Source: a virus
Length of the DNA stretch: 64,000 bases
Virus record (IMG/VR): IMGVR_UViG_3300009593_002680
Direction: 5' to 3' (one strand)
Part shown: positions 10,497 to 19,100 of the stretch, piece after piece
How positions within the stretch are numbered: the stretch's first letter is position 1
Layout of the letters: every line of letters starts with the position of its first letter
Made by a program: the position numbers and the translations under genes
Notes under the pieces: model-generated
Database searches by the model: none
The model's input: the letters and a program-made list of their open reading frames with translations, nothing else
Told to the model about the DNA's origin: nothing

Positions 10497-11066
10497 ATGT
10501 ACCAATCTGAATCAATGATACAAATGCTTGAAGACATGCAACATCAAGCGAATGAAATGGAAAAAAGTATTAAAGATATGTTGGAAGTCGAAGGTCGTGC
10601 AATAGGTATAGAACTTGATAAAAGAAAAAATGCCAGAGACCTATTCAATGAATTATCAGAAAAACAAAACGAAATAGCAGAAGAACAAGCACAAGCAATG
10701 ACTTGGGCATACGTTCCTTGTGAACTTGCAGAGCAAGATGCTAATTGTTAAGTTGAGGACACAGCCTGGGTAGAAGAAGCAAATGTCATGCTAGACCATG
10801 ATGAAGTACACTATGAAGAAGCAAATGTAGAAGTTGCACCTGAAAGTATGCCAGAAGAAGCAAACGTAGAAGTTGCGCCTGAAAGTATGCCTGAAGAAGC
10901 AAATGTCGAAGTTGCTCCTGAAGAAGTAATGCCTGAAGAAGCGGCACCAGAAATGGAACCTGCTCCTGAAGTTGCTCCTGAACCAGAAGTGGCACCAGAA
11001 GAAGTTGTTGAAGATGCACCTGTGCAACCTGCACCGGTAATTGAAGACCCTAATCAACAAGGTTAA
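10497..11066 (+). pseudogene. Acidic protein with Pro/Glu repeats, interrupted by one in-frame TAA at 10749-10751
   Basis: ORFs 10497-10751 and 10788-11066 are in the same frame; the 12 codons between them read VEDTAWVEEANV, containing the EEANV repeat of the downstream part; no RBS before 10788. Confidence 0.6.
10815..10934 (+). repeat. Three tandem 39-42 nt coding repeats (EEANVEVAPESMP)
   Basis: Units at 10815, 10854 and 10893. Confidence 0.9.
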
Positions 11067-11083
11067 TCTTTTTTTAAAGAAAT

Positions 11084-11114
11084 AAAAAAGCACCCATTAA
11101 GGGTGCTTTTTTTT
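11084..11114. terminator. Bidirectional rho-independent terminator
   Basis: AAAAAAGCACCC-ATTAA-GGGTGCTTTTTTTT between convergent ORFs. Confidence 0.9.
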
Positions 11115-11116
11115 GA

Positions 11117-11248
11117 CTAACTAGTAACTCCGGCTATCTTAGCCACATTGGTAAGTCTACCGGCTTTCATCATCGTGTCAAATTTTTTAAAGTAGTCCAA
11201 AGCAAAACGTTGAGTTGCATTGGCTACTATTCCTAAGGATTTCGCCAT
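11117..11248 (-). CDS. Small basic protein, 43 aa (MAKSLGIVANATQRFALDYFKKFDTMMKAGRLTNVAKIAGVTS); not in the ORF track
   Basis: GGAG RBS upstream, late promoter GATAAATA at 11365-11372 (minus), stop abuts terminator. Confidence 0.7.
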   Translation of the reverse strand: MAKSLGIVANATQRFALDYFKKFDTMMKAGRLTNVAKIAGVTS

Positions 11249-11364
11249 TTTCTTCTCCGATTGAGGTAACCGAATTTCCCATATACATTGGTCTTACATC
11301 ATCTCTAATGAGGTTTGTAAAACATGATTCTCAAATGTACTATGTTACATTCGTGTTACACGTT

Positions 11365-11431
11365 TATTTATCAAGAAAAAATTCCAAAATGCTATCCTCT
11401 ACCAAAAAAATTGGCAACTTTTGGATAAATA
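11365..11431. promoter_or_regulatory. Divergent late promoters (GATAAATA minus 11365-11372; GATAAATA plus 11424-11431)
   Basis: Exact motifs; the plus copy precedes the csgF/csgG cassette. Confidence 0.7.
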
Positions 11432-11505
11432 TGCATGTAGAGTACAGAGTAACGAAACACAATTTACACTACTATAAAAACAAATAAACAGAGTGTGCAG
11501 TACAG

Positions 11506-11802
11506 ATGAGTGAGATTTTCAAACTAATTGCGGAAGTCGGGTTTCCTATTGTCGGAGCATTGGTAATGGGTTACTTTATTTTCTTAACAATAAAGCAAAT
11601 GCTTGCCGGAGTGGTGGGCCAAATTCAGACACTTACTAAATTTTGCGTGATGTTGGAAGACAGAGCACGAACTATGAGTAACGAAATGATGAAAATTGAC
11701 TTATTAGTATCTAGTGCATTAGAATTGAGACCTGATATAGATAGAATAGCCCGAGCAGAAAATTTTATTGAAGACGGGAGTATCGACGCAAGGAGAGACT
11801 AG
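11506..11802 (+). CDS. Small membrane protein (YvrJ/holin-like), paralogue of the next gene
   Basis: N-terminal GFPIVGALVMGYFIF transmembrane segment, then coiled-coil with KIDLLV. Confidence 0.6.
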   Translation: MSEIFKLIAEVGFPIVGALVMGYFIFLTIKQMLAGVVGQIQTLTKFCVMLEDRARTMSNEMMKIDLLVSSALELRPDIDRIARAENFIEDGSIDARRD

Positions 11803-12108
11803 ATGGACATAGCAGGCTTAATATCTGATTACGGTTTTCCTGTAGTTGCATGTGTAGGTTTAGGTTACTTTATATACTATGTATGGAATTACATTGGAAC
11901 ACATGTGAAGCCAGAACTTGGAAAAATGCATATGGCATTAATCAAAGTTATTGACCAAACAAGGATGTTGGATCAAGATATGATAAGACTGCAACAAAAG
12001 GTTAATGTGGTTTTAGAATATAATGCTCGAAGAAAAGTTATCGAAGAGCATGAGGAGGAAGAAGCAGTTGAAGAACTGAAGATTCTTAAGGAGAAAAAAG
12101 GAAAATGA
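11803..12108 (+). CDS. Small membrane protein (YvrJ/holin-like), paralogue of the previous gene
   Basis: GFPVVACVGLGYFIYYVW transmembrane segment, then coiled-coil; zero-gap coupling to the upstream gene. Confidence 0.6.
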   Translation: MDIAGLISDYGFPVVACVGLGYFIYYVWNYIGTHVKPELGKMHMALIKVIDQTRMLDQDMIRLQQKVNVVLEYNARRKVIEEHEEEEAVEELKILKEKKGK

Positions 12109-12605
12109 ATAAAATCACAGGACGTATATTAGGTATTGGTGTAATGCTACTTTATTTTAGTAGCCAAACTGTATTTGCAGACCAACTTAAACATAAATTT
12201 AAGAACCCTAGTTTCAGTGGTATTGGTACTGGCGCTCATTACTTAACTATTGAGAATCAGGAAAAAAGTAGGAAAGATAAAATTAGGGATGATGTTGAAG
12301 CGGCTTTAAGAGCGGCAGATAGAGCAGAATCAAACAGTACTATCAATAAGTTTATTAGAAATCTGGAAAGCAGAATTTACAGTCAGATTTCTAAAGGATT
12401 GGTAGATAGTATGTTCTGTAACCCAGAAGAAGTACCAACTTGTACTAACTCAACCGAAGGTGCATTCTCTATTGAAGATAATGCAGTATCTTATCAAATT
12501 GTTACCATAGACGGAGTACAATATATTAGACTTACTATTGTAGATGTTGACGGTACAGTTACAGAAATTGAGATACCGATTGGTATCGGAACGTTAGGCG
12601 GGTAG
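12105..12605 (+). CDS. csgF: Curli assembly component CsgF-like
   Basis: Signal peptide followed by LKHKFKNPSFSG (compare CsgF MTFQFRNPNFGG); NKFIRNLESRIYSQ; directly upstream of csgG. Confidence 0.8.
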   Translation: MNKITGRILGIGVMLLYFSSQTVFADQLKHKFKNPSFSGIGTGAHYLTIENQEKSRKDKIRDDVEAALRAADRAESNSTINKFIRNLESRIYSQISKGLVDSMFCNPEEVPTCTNSTEGAFSIEDNAVSYQIVTIDGVQYIRLTIVDVDGTVTEIEIPIGIGTLGG

Positions 12606-12608
12606 ACA

Positions 12609-13589
12609 TTGAGAGTAGGATTTATAGCAGTATTATTTGCTTTGTTCATTAGTGGATGTGCTAGTGTCTCAATTCCTGGTGACAAACTTTGCGGAACGTC
12701 TTTACTTGAATGTATAGAAGAGCCAAAATTTGTAGAATTACCCACATATAAAAAATTAAGGAATTTGCCACCGGCAGAGGTTATGCCTGTGGTTGCAGTT
12801 TATAAATTTGAAGACTTAACTGGACAAAGATTTAGTTCAGATGGAGTTGCAAGTTTCAGCACCGCTGTTACACAAGGTGCAAAAGATTTATTAATAGATT
12901 CACTCAAAGCCGCAGGTGCTAAGGACGATCCTAAAGGCACATGGTTTAGAGTAGTAGAAAGAGGTTTAGGACTAGACAACTTGGTTAGAGAAAGACAGAT
13001 TGTTCGTAGTACTCGTGAACAGTTTGCTTCAGAAGAGAAACCAGCAGAAGGAGTCCAACCATTGTTATTTGCAGGTATGATATTAGAGGGAGGAGTCATT
13101 GGATATGACACTAATATTGAAACTGGAGGTAACGGTGCAAGATATCTCGGTATTGGTACAGCGAATCAATATCGAAGAGATAGTGTTGTAGTATCACTTA
13201 GAGCCGTTAGCACACTCACCGGCGAAGTGTTACTCAACGTACAGACATACAAAACCATTTTGAGTACTGGACAAGCCGGAGACGTATTTAGATTCCTAGA
13301 TATGGATACCAAGTTGCTTGAACTAGAAAGTGGTATGACAGAGAACGAAAGTGTAACGTGGGCAGTACGTTCGGCTATTGAAGCCGCAGTATTGGCACTT
13401 ATACAACAAGGCGATGAACGAGGTTATTGGAAAATTGTTTACCCTGAAGGGTGGGACGTACAGGAACTCTCTCCTGACGAACAAGCAACTTGGATGAAAG
13501 TAGACATAGATGAAGAGGACCTCAAAGCCGACAAAAAACTTTGGGAGAAAATGCTCCTGAAGAATAACGGAGAAAATAATGAAGACTAG
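12609..13589 (+). CDS. csgG: Curli secretion channel CsgG (outer-membrane lipoprotein)
   Basis: TTG start; lipobox ISGC; VAVYKFEDLTGQ, STAVTQGA, WFRVVER, LVRERQIVR, ILEGGVIGYDTN, RAVSTLTGEVL motifs. Confidence 0.95.
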   Translation: MRVGFIAVLFALFISGCASVSIPGDKLCGTSLLECIEEPKFVELPTYKKLRNLPPAEVMPVVAVYKFEDLTGQRFSSDGVASFSTAVTQGAKDLLIDSLKAAGAKDDPKGTWFRVVERGLGLDNLVRERQIVRSTREQFASEEKPAEGVQPLLFAGMILEGGVIGYDTNIETGGNGARYLGIGTANQYRRDSVVVSLRAVSTLTGEVLLNVQTYKTILSTGQAGDVFRFLDMDTKLLELESGMTENESVTWAVRSAIEAAVLALIQQGDERGYWKIVYPEGWDVQELSPDEQATWMKVDIDEEDLKADKKLWEKMLLKNNGENNED

Positions 13590-14397
13590 AAATTTATTTA
13601 GAAATTTTGCAATCAATGTCTTCGCGATTATGGGACTTACGGTTGGACTTTATGCTCCTGCCTTAGGTGCTGACGATAACGAAGTTTTATTGGACCAACA
13701 AGGGGATAATTTAACTTTGACCATATTACAGGCTGGTAGTGGTAACAAAATAACAGGTGATGCTTCTGATGGTAGTGATTTAGTCATTACTGGAGCAAAC
13801 TTGATTATTGATATTATCCAAGATGGTGATAGTAATGAAATATTTGGTGCATGGACTGGAGACGGTTCTGGTTCAACTGTTTGGGATTTATATTTCTTAG
13901 GAGATAGTAACTCAGTAGATATGAACATAGGTGCAACAGGTAGTGCAGATAGTGTTGATATGCTTTGGAATATTCAAGGTGATACTAACATATTTGATGT
14001 TGACATCGGTGGAGACCTTGCCGCAGACAACCTTAATATGGATTTAACAATACTAGGGGACAGAAACGACTTTAGAAGTGCTGTTAATAATACTAAAACT
14101 TGGGGTGGAACTCCAGGTTCTGGTTGGAACAGTACATCTGCTTTTTCACAAAGTGGTATTAAAGTTGATGCCGGTTCCGCAACTTGGGAAATGAACATTA
14201 CTGGTGATGATAATGCTATTACATCAAAACAAACTGGTAACTCTGACCACTACTTAAAATTTGTTTTAGTAGGTTCAGATGGTGATTTCCAGTTTTTACA
14301 AAGTAATGCGGCTACATGTAGTCCTGTATGTCCTGGTAAAATCGACGTTGATTTAGATAGTGAAAATGCATCAGTTAGTATCAGACAAACTGACTAA
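13579..14397 (+). CDS. Secreted curlin-like beta-solenoid protein 1
   Basis: Signal peptide ending ALGA; repeats such as NEVLLDQQGDNLTLTILQAGSGN, IIQDGDSNEI, NIQGDTNIF, ITGDDNAITSKQTGN. Confidence 0.75.
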   Translation: MKTRNLFRNFAINVFAIMGLTVGLYAPALGADDNEVLLDQQGDNLTLTILQAGSGNKITGDASDGSDLVITGANLIIDIIQDGDSNEIFGAWTGDGSGSTVWDLYFLGDSNSVDMNIGATGSADSVDMLWNIQGDTNIFDVDIGGDLAADNLNMDLTILGDRNDFRSAVNNTKTWGGTPGSGWNSTSAFSQSGIKVDAGSATWEMNITGDDNAITSKQTGNSDHYLKFVLVGSDGDFQFLQSNAATCSPVCPGKIDVDLDSENASVSIRQTD

Positions 14398-15571
14398 AGT
14401 TTGTTTATACGCATTTTTATTGTTTAGTGCAACATACAGTATTTCCGCCGGTGCCAATGAAAGTATCGGCGGAGTATTTGAGCAAAGTGGCTCACCTGGA
14501 AGTATTAAAAGGACGTCTGGTGACAAATTGATTGCAGAACTAGACACAGACATACAGAGCATGGACGAAGTTGAAACGATTGATGGTCGTATTAAACTAA
14601 AGTTTATAGATGACACACTAGTTAGTTTAACGGAACACACATACATGGTTATTAATGAATATGTGTACGATCCTGACCCCAGTAAAAGCAGGATGGCATT
14701 AGATTTCGTGCAAGGGACTGCACGATTTGCCACTGGCGGGTTAGGGTTAGTACCAAAAGAAAATATAACTGTAAAAACTCCTACTGCTACTATAGGTATT
14801 AGGGGAACCGACTTTACTACTACTGTAGATGAGTTGGGAAGAAGTTTGGTAATATTATTACCAGACCAAAGATGTACAGACGGAGTACGTTTAGAAGAAG
14901 GTTGTGCTCCAAGTGGTAGTATTACTATCACAAATGATGGTGGTGTACAAGTATTAACTGAAGCATTTCAGGCTGTAATGGTTAGTACATATGAACAAGC
15001 ACCAACTAATCCAGTTCTTCTTGCAGATTTGGATTTAAACATGATTGATAACATGTTTATTGTAAGTGAACCAACTGAGATTACAGAAGCAGTTGATGAA
15101 CAAGCAGAAGAATCAAAAGGAGATGGTGGATTATTAGACTTTGATGGATTAGATGCTAATGCCATTGAAGCAGATGTATTGAAAGATACAACAGAAGATT
15201 TAGAGTTTAGTCAGTTAGACATTAACTTCTTAGATGTAGATTTCTTACAAGATTTGTTAGAAATTATAGAAGAGGAAAGTGTAGAAGTAGGCGGAAAAAG
15301 TAAAAGTAAAGGCGGAGAAAATTCAGAAGGAAGTTTAGGAACCGATAAAATTACAGGAACTGCTTTAGGTTTTGATGACACAACGCAGTTTAATACTATT
15401 ACAGAAGATGGTAAAATATTCTTCTTTAGACAAGTAACTAATACAGTAAGTATTAAACAACAGTCAGGTAATAGTGCTAAAATCTTTATAGAAGATAGTA
15501 ACTTAAAAGACACCACAATATGTCTTAATGATTGCGAAGGAACATTTATAACAATTATACAGGTAGATTAG
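14360..15571 (+). CDS. FecR-domain periplasmic protein with acidic linker and curlin-like C-terminal tail
   Basis: Signal-like N-terminus; IKLKFIDDTLVSL, GTARFATG, VKTPTATIGIRGTDF FecR-type motifs; exact start uncertain (14360 or 14366). Confidence 0.8.
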   Translation: MKMHQLVSDKLTKVCLYAFLLFSATYSISAGANESIGGVFEQSGSPGSIKRTSGDKLIAELDTDIQSMDEVETIDGRIKLKFIDDTLVSLTEHTYMVINEYVYDPDPSKSRMALDFVQGTARFATGGLGLVPKENITVKTPTATIGIRGTDFTTTVDELGRSLVILLPDQRCTDGVRLEEGCAPSGSITITNDGGVQVLTEAFQAVMVSTYEQAPTNPVLLADLDLNMIDNMFIVSEPTEITEAVDEQAEESKGDGGLLDFDGLDANAIEADVLKDTTEDLEFSQLDINFLDVDFLQDLLEIIEEESVEVGGKSKSKGGENSEGSLGTDKITGTALGFDDTTQFNTITEDGKIFFFRQVTNTVSIKQQSGNSAKIFIEDSNLKDTTICLNDCEGTFITIIQVD

Positions 15572-16477
15572 ATGAAGTATATATTAGGAACATTATTAGC
15601 AATATTTTGTGCAACAGCAAGTTATGATGCATTTGCCGGTGAAGGACACAACCATGTTCATATAGACCAGGTTGGTGACGATTTAGTTTTAAATATTGAC
15701 CAACAAGGTAAAGACCAGCATATTGATTTGGACTTAGGATTACAATATGGCAATGTAGATAATTTAACTATGTGGATTGGGCAGTTGGGAGAAGACAATG
15801 AAGTTGAATTCTCTGTATCTGGAGATGGAAACTCTGTTAAAATTACGCAAGTAGGCGAGAAGCAATTTGCAGGATTTACAAGTACTTGGGGTAAAGTAAA
15901 TTGCCCTAATTCAACTTGGTGTGGAGACGTAGACGGCGTAGATAATGAAATAGAAATTAGTCAAAAATGTACAGAAGACAATAATTGTCGATATACTGAA
16001 GCAGGCTTTCACTTTTGGGGAGACAACAATTTAATGAGATGGGGTCAAGGTGTTGGACTTAACAACATAAATGATACAACATTTAGTCAAGGTGATGGTT
16101 CTGAGCATGGTGGTCATAAAGTTATATTAGATTATCATGGAGATAATAATGTTATTGTTGGATATCAAACAAACGGTAATACTAATACACCAGGCAGTCA
16201 TACTGCAAATATATGGATATATGGTGACGAACAAGACATTTGGTGGAAACAAATTAACGATGGAAACAAAACAGTAAACTATAAAAGTTATCAAGACTAT
16301 AGTCAAATAAGTGGAGTACAAAAAGGGAATGGTGCTCATAATGCCAATATAACTCTATATGGTACCCAACCAACAACGTTAAATTTAACACAAAATAGTG
16401 GCACAGCACAAAATTATAATTTAACTCAAACATGTGTAACCGTCGGTGGTTGCACTATCAATATAACACAAGATTAG
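15572..16477 (+). CDS. Secreted curlin-like beta-solenoid protein 2
   Basis: Signal peptide ending AFA; NHVHIDQVGDDLVLNIDQQG, IGQLGEDNEV, VSGDGNSVKITQVG, YHGDNNVIVGYQ repeats. Confidence 0.75.
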   Translation: MKYILGTLLAIFCATASYDAFAGEGHNHVHIDQVGDDLVLNIDQQGKDQHIDLDLGLQYGNVDNLTMWIGQLGEDNEVEFSVSGDGNSVKITQVGEKQFAGFTSTWGKVNCPNSTWCGDVDGVDNEIEISQKCTEDNNCRYTEAGFHFWGDNNLMRWGQGVGLNNINDTTFSQGDGSEHGGHKVILDYHGDNNVIVGYQTNGNTNTPGSHTANIWIYGDEQDIWWKQINDGNKTVNYKSYQDYSQISGVQKGNGAHNANITLYGTQPTTLNLTQNSGTAQNYNLTQTCVTVGGCTINITQD

Positions 16478-16484
16478 ATAAATA
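16477..16484 (+). promoter_or_regulatory. Late promoter GATAAATA
   Basis: Upstream of the 16526 gene. Confidence 0.7.
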
Positions 16485-16525
16485 ATTTCTGTAGGTAGAC
16501 AAGAATGACGTAGGAGGTCACTTGG

Positions 16526-16996
16526 ATGATTGAAGTCGCCGTAGCCATATCGATGGCTAGTCAGGCATTTACCGGAATCAAAAAAGCAGTAGAAATGGGT
16601 CGGGATATTGAAGATGTCACCGGGTATTTCGGTCGGTTTTTTGATGCCAGAGATGCAATTACAGAAGCAAATCAATACAGCAAAAATCCATCTTTAGCAA
16701 AAAAATATATGGCTGGTGGTAGTGTAGAAGCACAGGCTTTAGAAATTACAGCCGCAAAACATAAAATGGCACAACTTGAAAAAGAGTTGAGAGAGTATTT
16801 AATCTATACAGGACAGCAAAATTTTTACGAAGATATGATGCGTGAAAGACGTGTCATTAGACAAGCCAGATTAATGGAGGCTAAACGTAAAGCAGAAAGT
16901 AAAAAATTTGCAATAGATGTAACAGCAGTAGTATGTTTATGTATTGTTATTTTTGCGGTAGTCATGATGACAGTAAGCATTATAGCCGGACGATAA
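16526..16996 (+). CDS. Hypothetical protein with C-terminal transmembrane helix (156 aa)
   Basis: AGGAGG RBS; helical body; C-terminal hydrophobic VTAVVCLCIVIFAVVMMTVSII. Confidence 0.75.
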   Translation: MIEVAVAISMASQAFTGIKKAVEMGRDIEDVTGYFGRFFDARDAITEANQYSKNPSLAKKYMAGGSVEAQALEITAAKHKMAQLEKELREYLIYTGQQNFYEDMMRERRVIRQARLMEAKRKAESKKFAIDVTAVVCLCIVIFAVVMMTVSIIAGR

Positions 16997-16999
16997 ATA
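16992..16999 (+). promoter_or_regulatory. Late promoter GATAAATA (leaderless start of the cyclase gene)
   Basis: ATG 17005 lies 6 nt after the motif end. Confidence 0.7.
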
Positions 17000-17004
17000 C
17001 ATGC

Positions 17005-18870
17005 ATGAAGTGGTTATACAGTGGTTGGGCAGTTGTGGTAACAATCTGTTTACTCACGACAGTAAAAATATTAGATCCTACGCCTATACAAAGTCTACGA
17101 CTACAAACGTTCGATGCTTTACAACTATTAGACGAGCCAAAACAAAGTGATGAAATTGTTATTATTAATGTTGGCGAGAAAAGTTTACAACAATGGGGAC
17201 AATGGCCATGGCCCAGACAGAATTTTGCCCAGGTAATTCACGACATCAGACAGAAGAATGGTGGTATCATTGGCTTGACCGTGATGTTCCCCGAGACGGA
17301 CCGATTTGGCGGAGACGAAACTTTAGCAAGTTGGATGAAAGGAAACGGCATAGTTTTAAGCCAGACACCTTCAACGAAGGGGATAAGGAGTTCAGGCCCG
17401 CACATTGGAACAGGCACGATAGGACCTTTGAACCCGACCCAATCTTTGCTAAAGTGGCCCAATCTCGTAACAAACGTTTCTATCCTTGAAGAACAAGCAG
17501 AGGGTATTGGAGTACTTGCTTCAGCACCACAACCAGATTTAGTTACAAGAACTTACCCATTAGCAATAACAGTAAATGAAAAAATTTACCCTAGTTTTGC
17601 TATTGAGATGTTAAGAACATATACACAAAAACCAAGTTATATGTTAAAGACATCTGAGATAGGAATACAAGAATTTGCAGTACCACCTTTTGATCCTATA
17701 GTAACACAACCAATTGGAACAGCATTTATACGTTTTAATAACACCTTTGAAGAAGTAGAATATGTGGATATAAACAGTCTACCAGACCTAGGTGGCAAGT
17801 TTATTATACTAGGTGTTACAGCAGAAGGTGTTCAAAACCCTGTTCCTACTCCAAAAGGACTTATGTATCCACAGCATATACAGGGCCATATGCTACAGAA
17901 TTTTATAGATGGATCAAATATACAGCGAAACGAATTAAGTGCTTTATACGAGCTCTTAGGAGCCCTGTTGGGTATGATATTGATTGCTTTTGCTGTTTAT
18001 AAGTTACCTTTACTGTGGACAGCACCTATTTCCATGCTAATTTTGGGTACAGAAGCCTATGGAAGTGTGTGGTTTTACACAAATCACCTAGTGTTAATGG
18101 ACGCAACTTTCCCGGTAATTAGTGGATTTTTAGTGTTTACCCAGAGTGCTTTTAACAATTTTTACAAGCAATACAAGTTAAGACAGCAAATAAAAGGACA
18201 ATTTGGCACATATATTTCACCTGACTATGTAGATATGATAGTAAAAGATCCAAGTTTAATGAAGTTAGGCGGAGAAAGAAAAGAGATGAGTTTCTTATTT
18301 GCAGATATAGTCGGCTTTACTCCTATATCAGAGCAGTATATGAAGAATGATGACCCTGAAGGATTAGTAGAATTAATCAATAGTTTCTTAGATAAGATGA
18401 CAAACATAGTATTAGCCAACGGTGGAACGATAGATAAGTTCATGGGCGACTGTATAATGGCATTTTGGAATGCACCAATACCATGTGAAAATCATGCAGA
18501 GATGGCAGTTAAAACTGCAATAGAAATTGAATTACTTGGTGATGAATTAGAAAAAGAAATGGAAAAATTAGGATTGCCTAGAGTTAAATTTGGTACAGGT
18601 GTAAACACAGGTACATGTATTGTTGGTAATATGGGTGCTGAAACTAGATTAGATTATAGTGTTGTAGGCGATGCTGTAAACTTAGGTGCTAGATTAGAAG
18701 CCGAGACTAGAAAACAAGACACTCCTATCTTATTGAGTGAATTTACATACATGCAACTTACGGATATTGCATGTCGTGAACTCGATGAAGTTACTGTAAA
18801 AGGAAAAGAGGAGCCTGTAAAAATTTATGCTCCGCTGTTCGATGGTGAAATAAGAAAACTTTACAAATAA
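17005..18870 (+). CDS. CHASE2-domain class III adenylyl cyclase (start moved to MKWLYSGW)
   Basis: N-terminal TM; CHASE2 motifs IVIINVGEKSLQQWGQWPWPRQ and TPKGLMYPQHIQ; three TMs; catalytic FADIVGF, DKFMGD, GNMG, DYSVVGDAVNLGARLE (K/D adenine-specifying residues). Confidence 0.93.
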   Translation: MKWLYSGWAVVVTICLLTTVKILDPTPIQSLRLQTFDALQLLDEPKQSDEIVIINVGEKSLQQWGQWPWPRQNFAQVIHDIRQKNGGIIGLTVMFPETDRFGGDETLASWMKGNGIVLSQTPSTKGIRSSGPHIGTGTIGPLNPTQSLLKWPNLVTNVSILEEQAEGIGVLASAPQPDLVTRTYPLAITVNEKIYPSFAIEMLRTYTQKPSYMLKTSEIGIQEFAVPPFDPIVTQPIGTAFIRFNNTFEEVEYVDINSLPDLGGKFIILGVTAEGVQNPVPTPKGLMYPQHIQGHMLQNFIDGSNIQRNELSALYELLGALLGMILIAFAVYKLPLLWTAPISMLILGTEAYGSVWFYTNHLVLMDATFPVISGFLVFTQSAFNNFYKQYKLRQQIKGQFGTYISPDYVDMIVKDPSLMKLGGERKEMSFLFADIVGFTPISEQYMKNDDPEGLVELINSFLDKMTNIVLANGGTIDKFMGDCIMAFWNAPIPCENHAEMAVKTAIEIELLGDELEKEMEKLGLPRVKFGTGVNTGTCIVGNMGAETRLDYSVVGDAVNLGARLEAETRKQDTPILLSEFTYMQLTDIACRELDEVTVKGKEEPVKIYAPLFDGEIRKLYK

Positions 18871-19086
18871 CTAAACTTCATACTTGCTAATATTTTTCAT
18901 TATATCAGGAATCTCTTCCTTTTGTATTAAATCTATAATAGTATTAGTAAGGTCAATTTCTTGTCGTACGAACTGCATACGAAGTAACAACTTTTTTAAT
19001 TCTAATTCATAGAATTCTAACTCTTGTTCTTTTCGTAATTTGTCGTTAATTAGGTCCGCAATCTGTATTATTTTGCCTGACTTCAT
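18871..19086 (-). CDS. Small coiled-coil hypothetical protein (71 aa)
   Basis: ORF with ACTAAATA late-like motif ending 6 nt before the ATG. Confidence 0.65.
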   Translation of the reverse strand: MKSGKIIQIADLINDKLRKEQELEFYELELKKLLLRMQFVRQEIDLTNTIIDLIQKEEIPDIMKNISKYEV

Positions 19087-19100
19087 AATAATATTTAGTC

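Noticed and set aside
10815-10990. CRISPR-like or non-coding tandem repeat
   Set aside because: Units are in-frame coding repeats with synonymous variation and no unique spacers; no CRISPR array or cas gene was seen anywhere in the window.
11215-11487. 90-aa plus-strand ORF
   Set aside because: No RBS; it runs across two divergent late promoters and overlaps the better-supported minus-strand 43-aa gene.
16933-17004. Track-predicted N-terminal extension of the cyclase
   Set aside because: It overlaps the upstream gene and a late promoter; ATG 17005 gives a normal N-terminal transmembrane segment at the expected +1 position.
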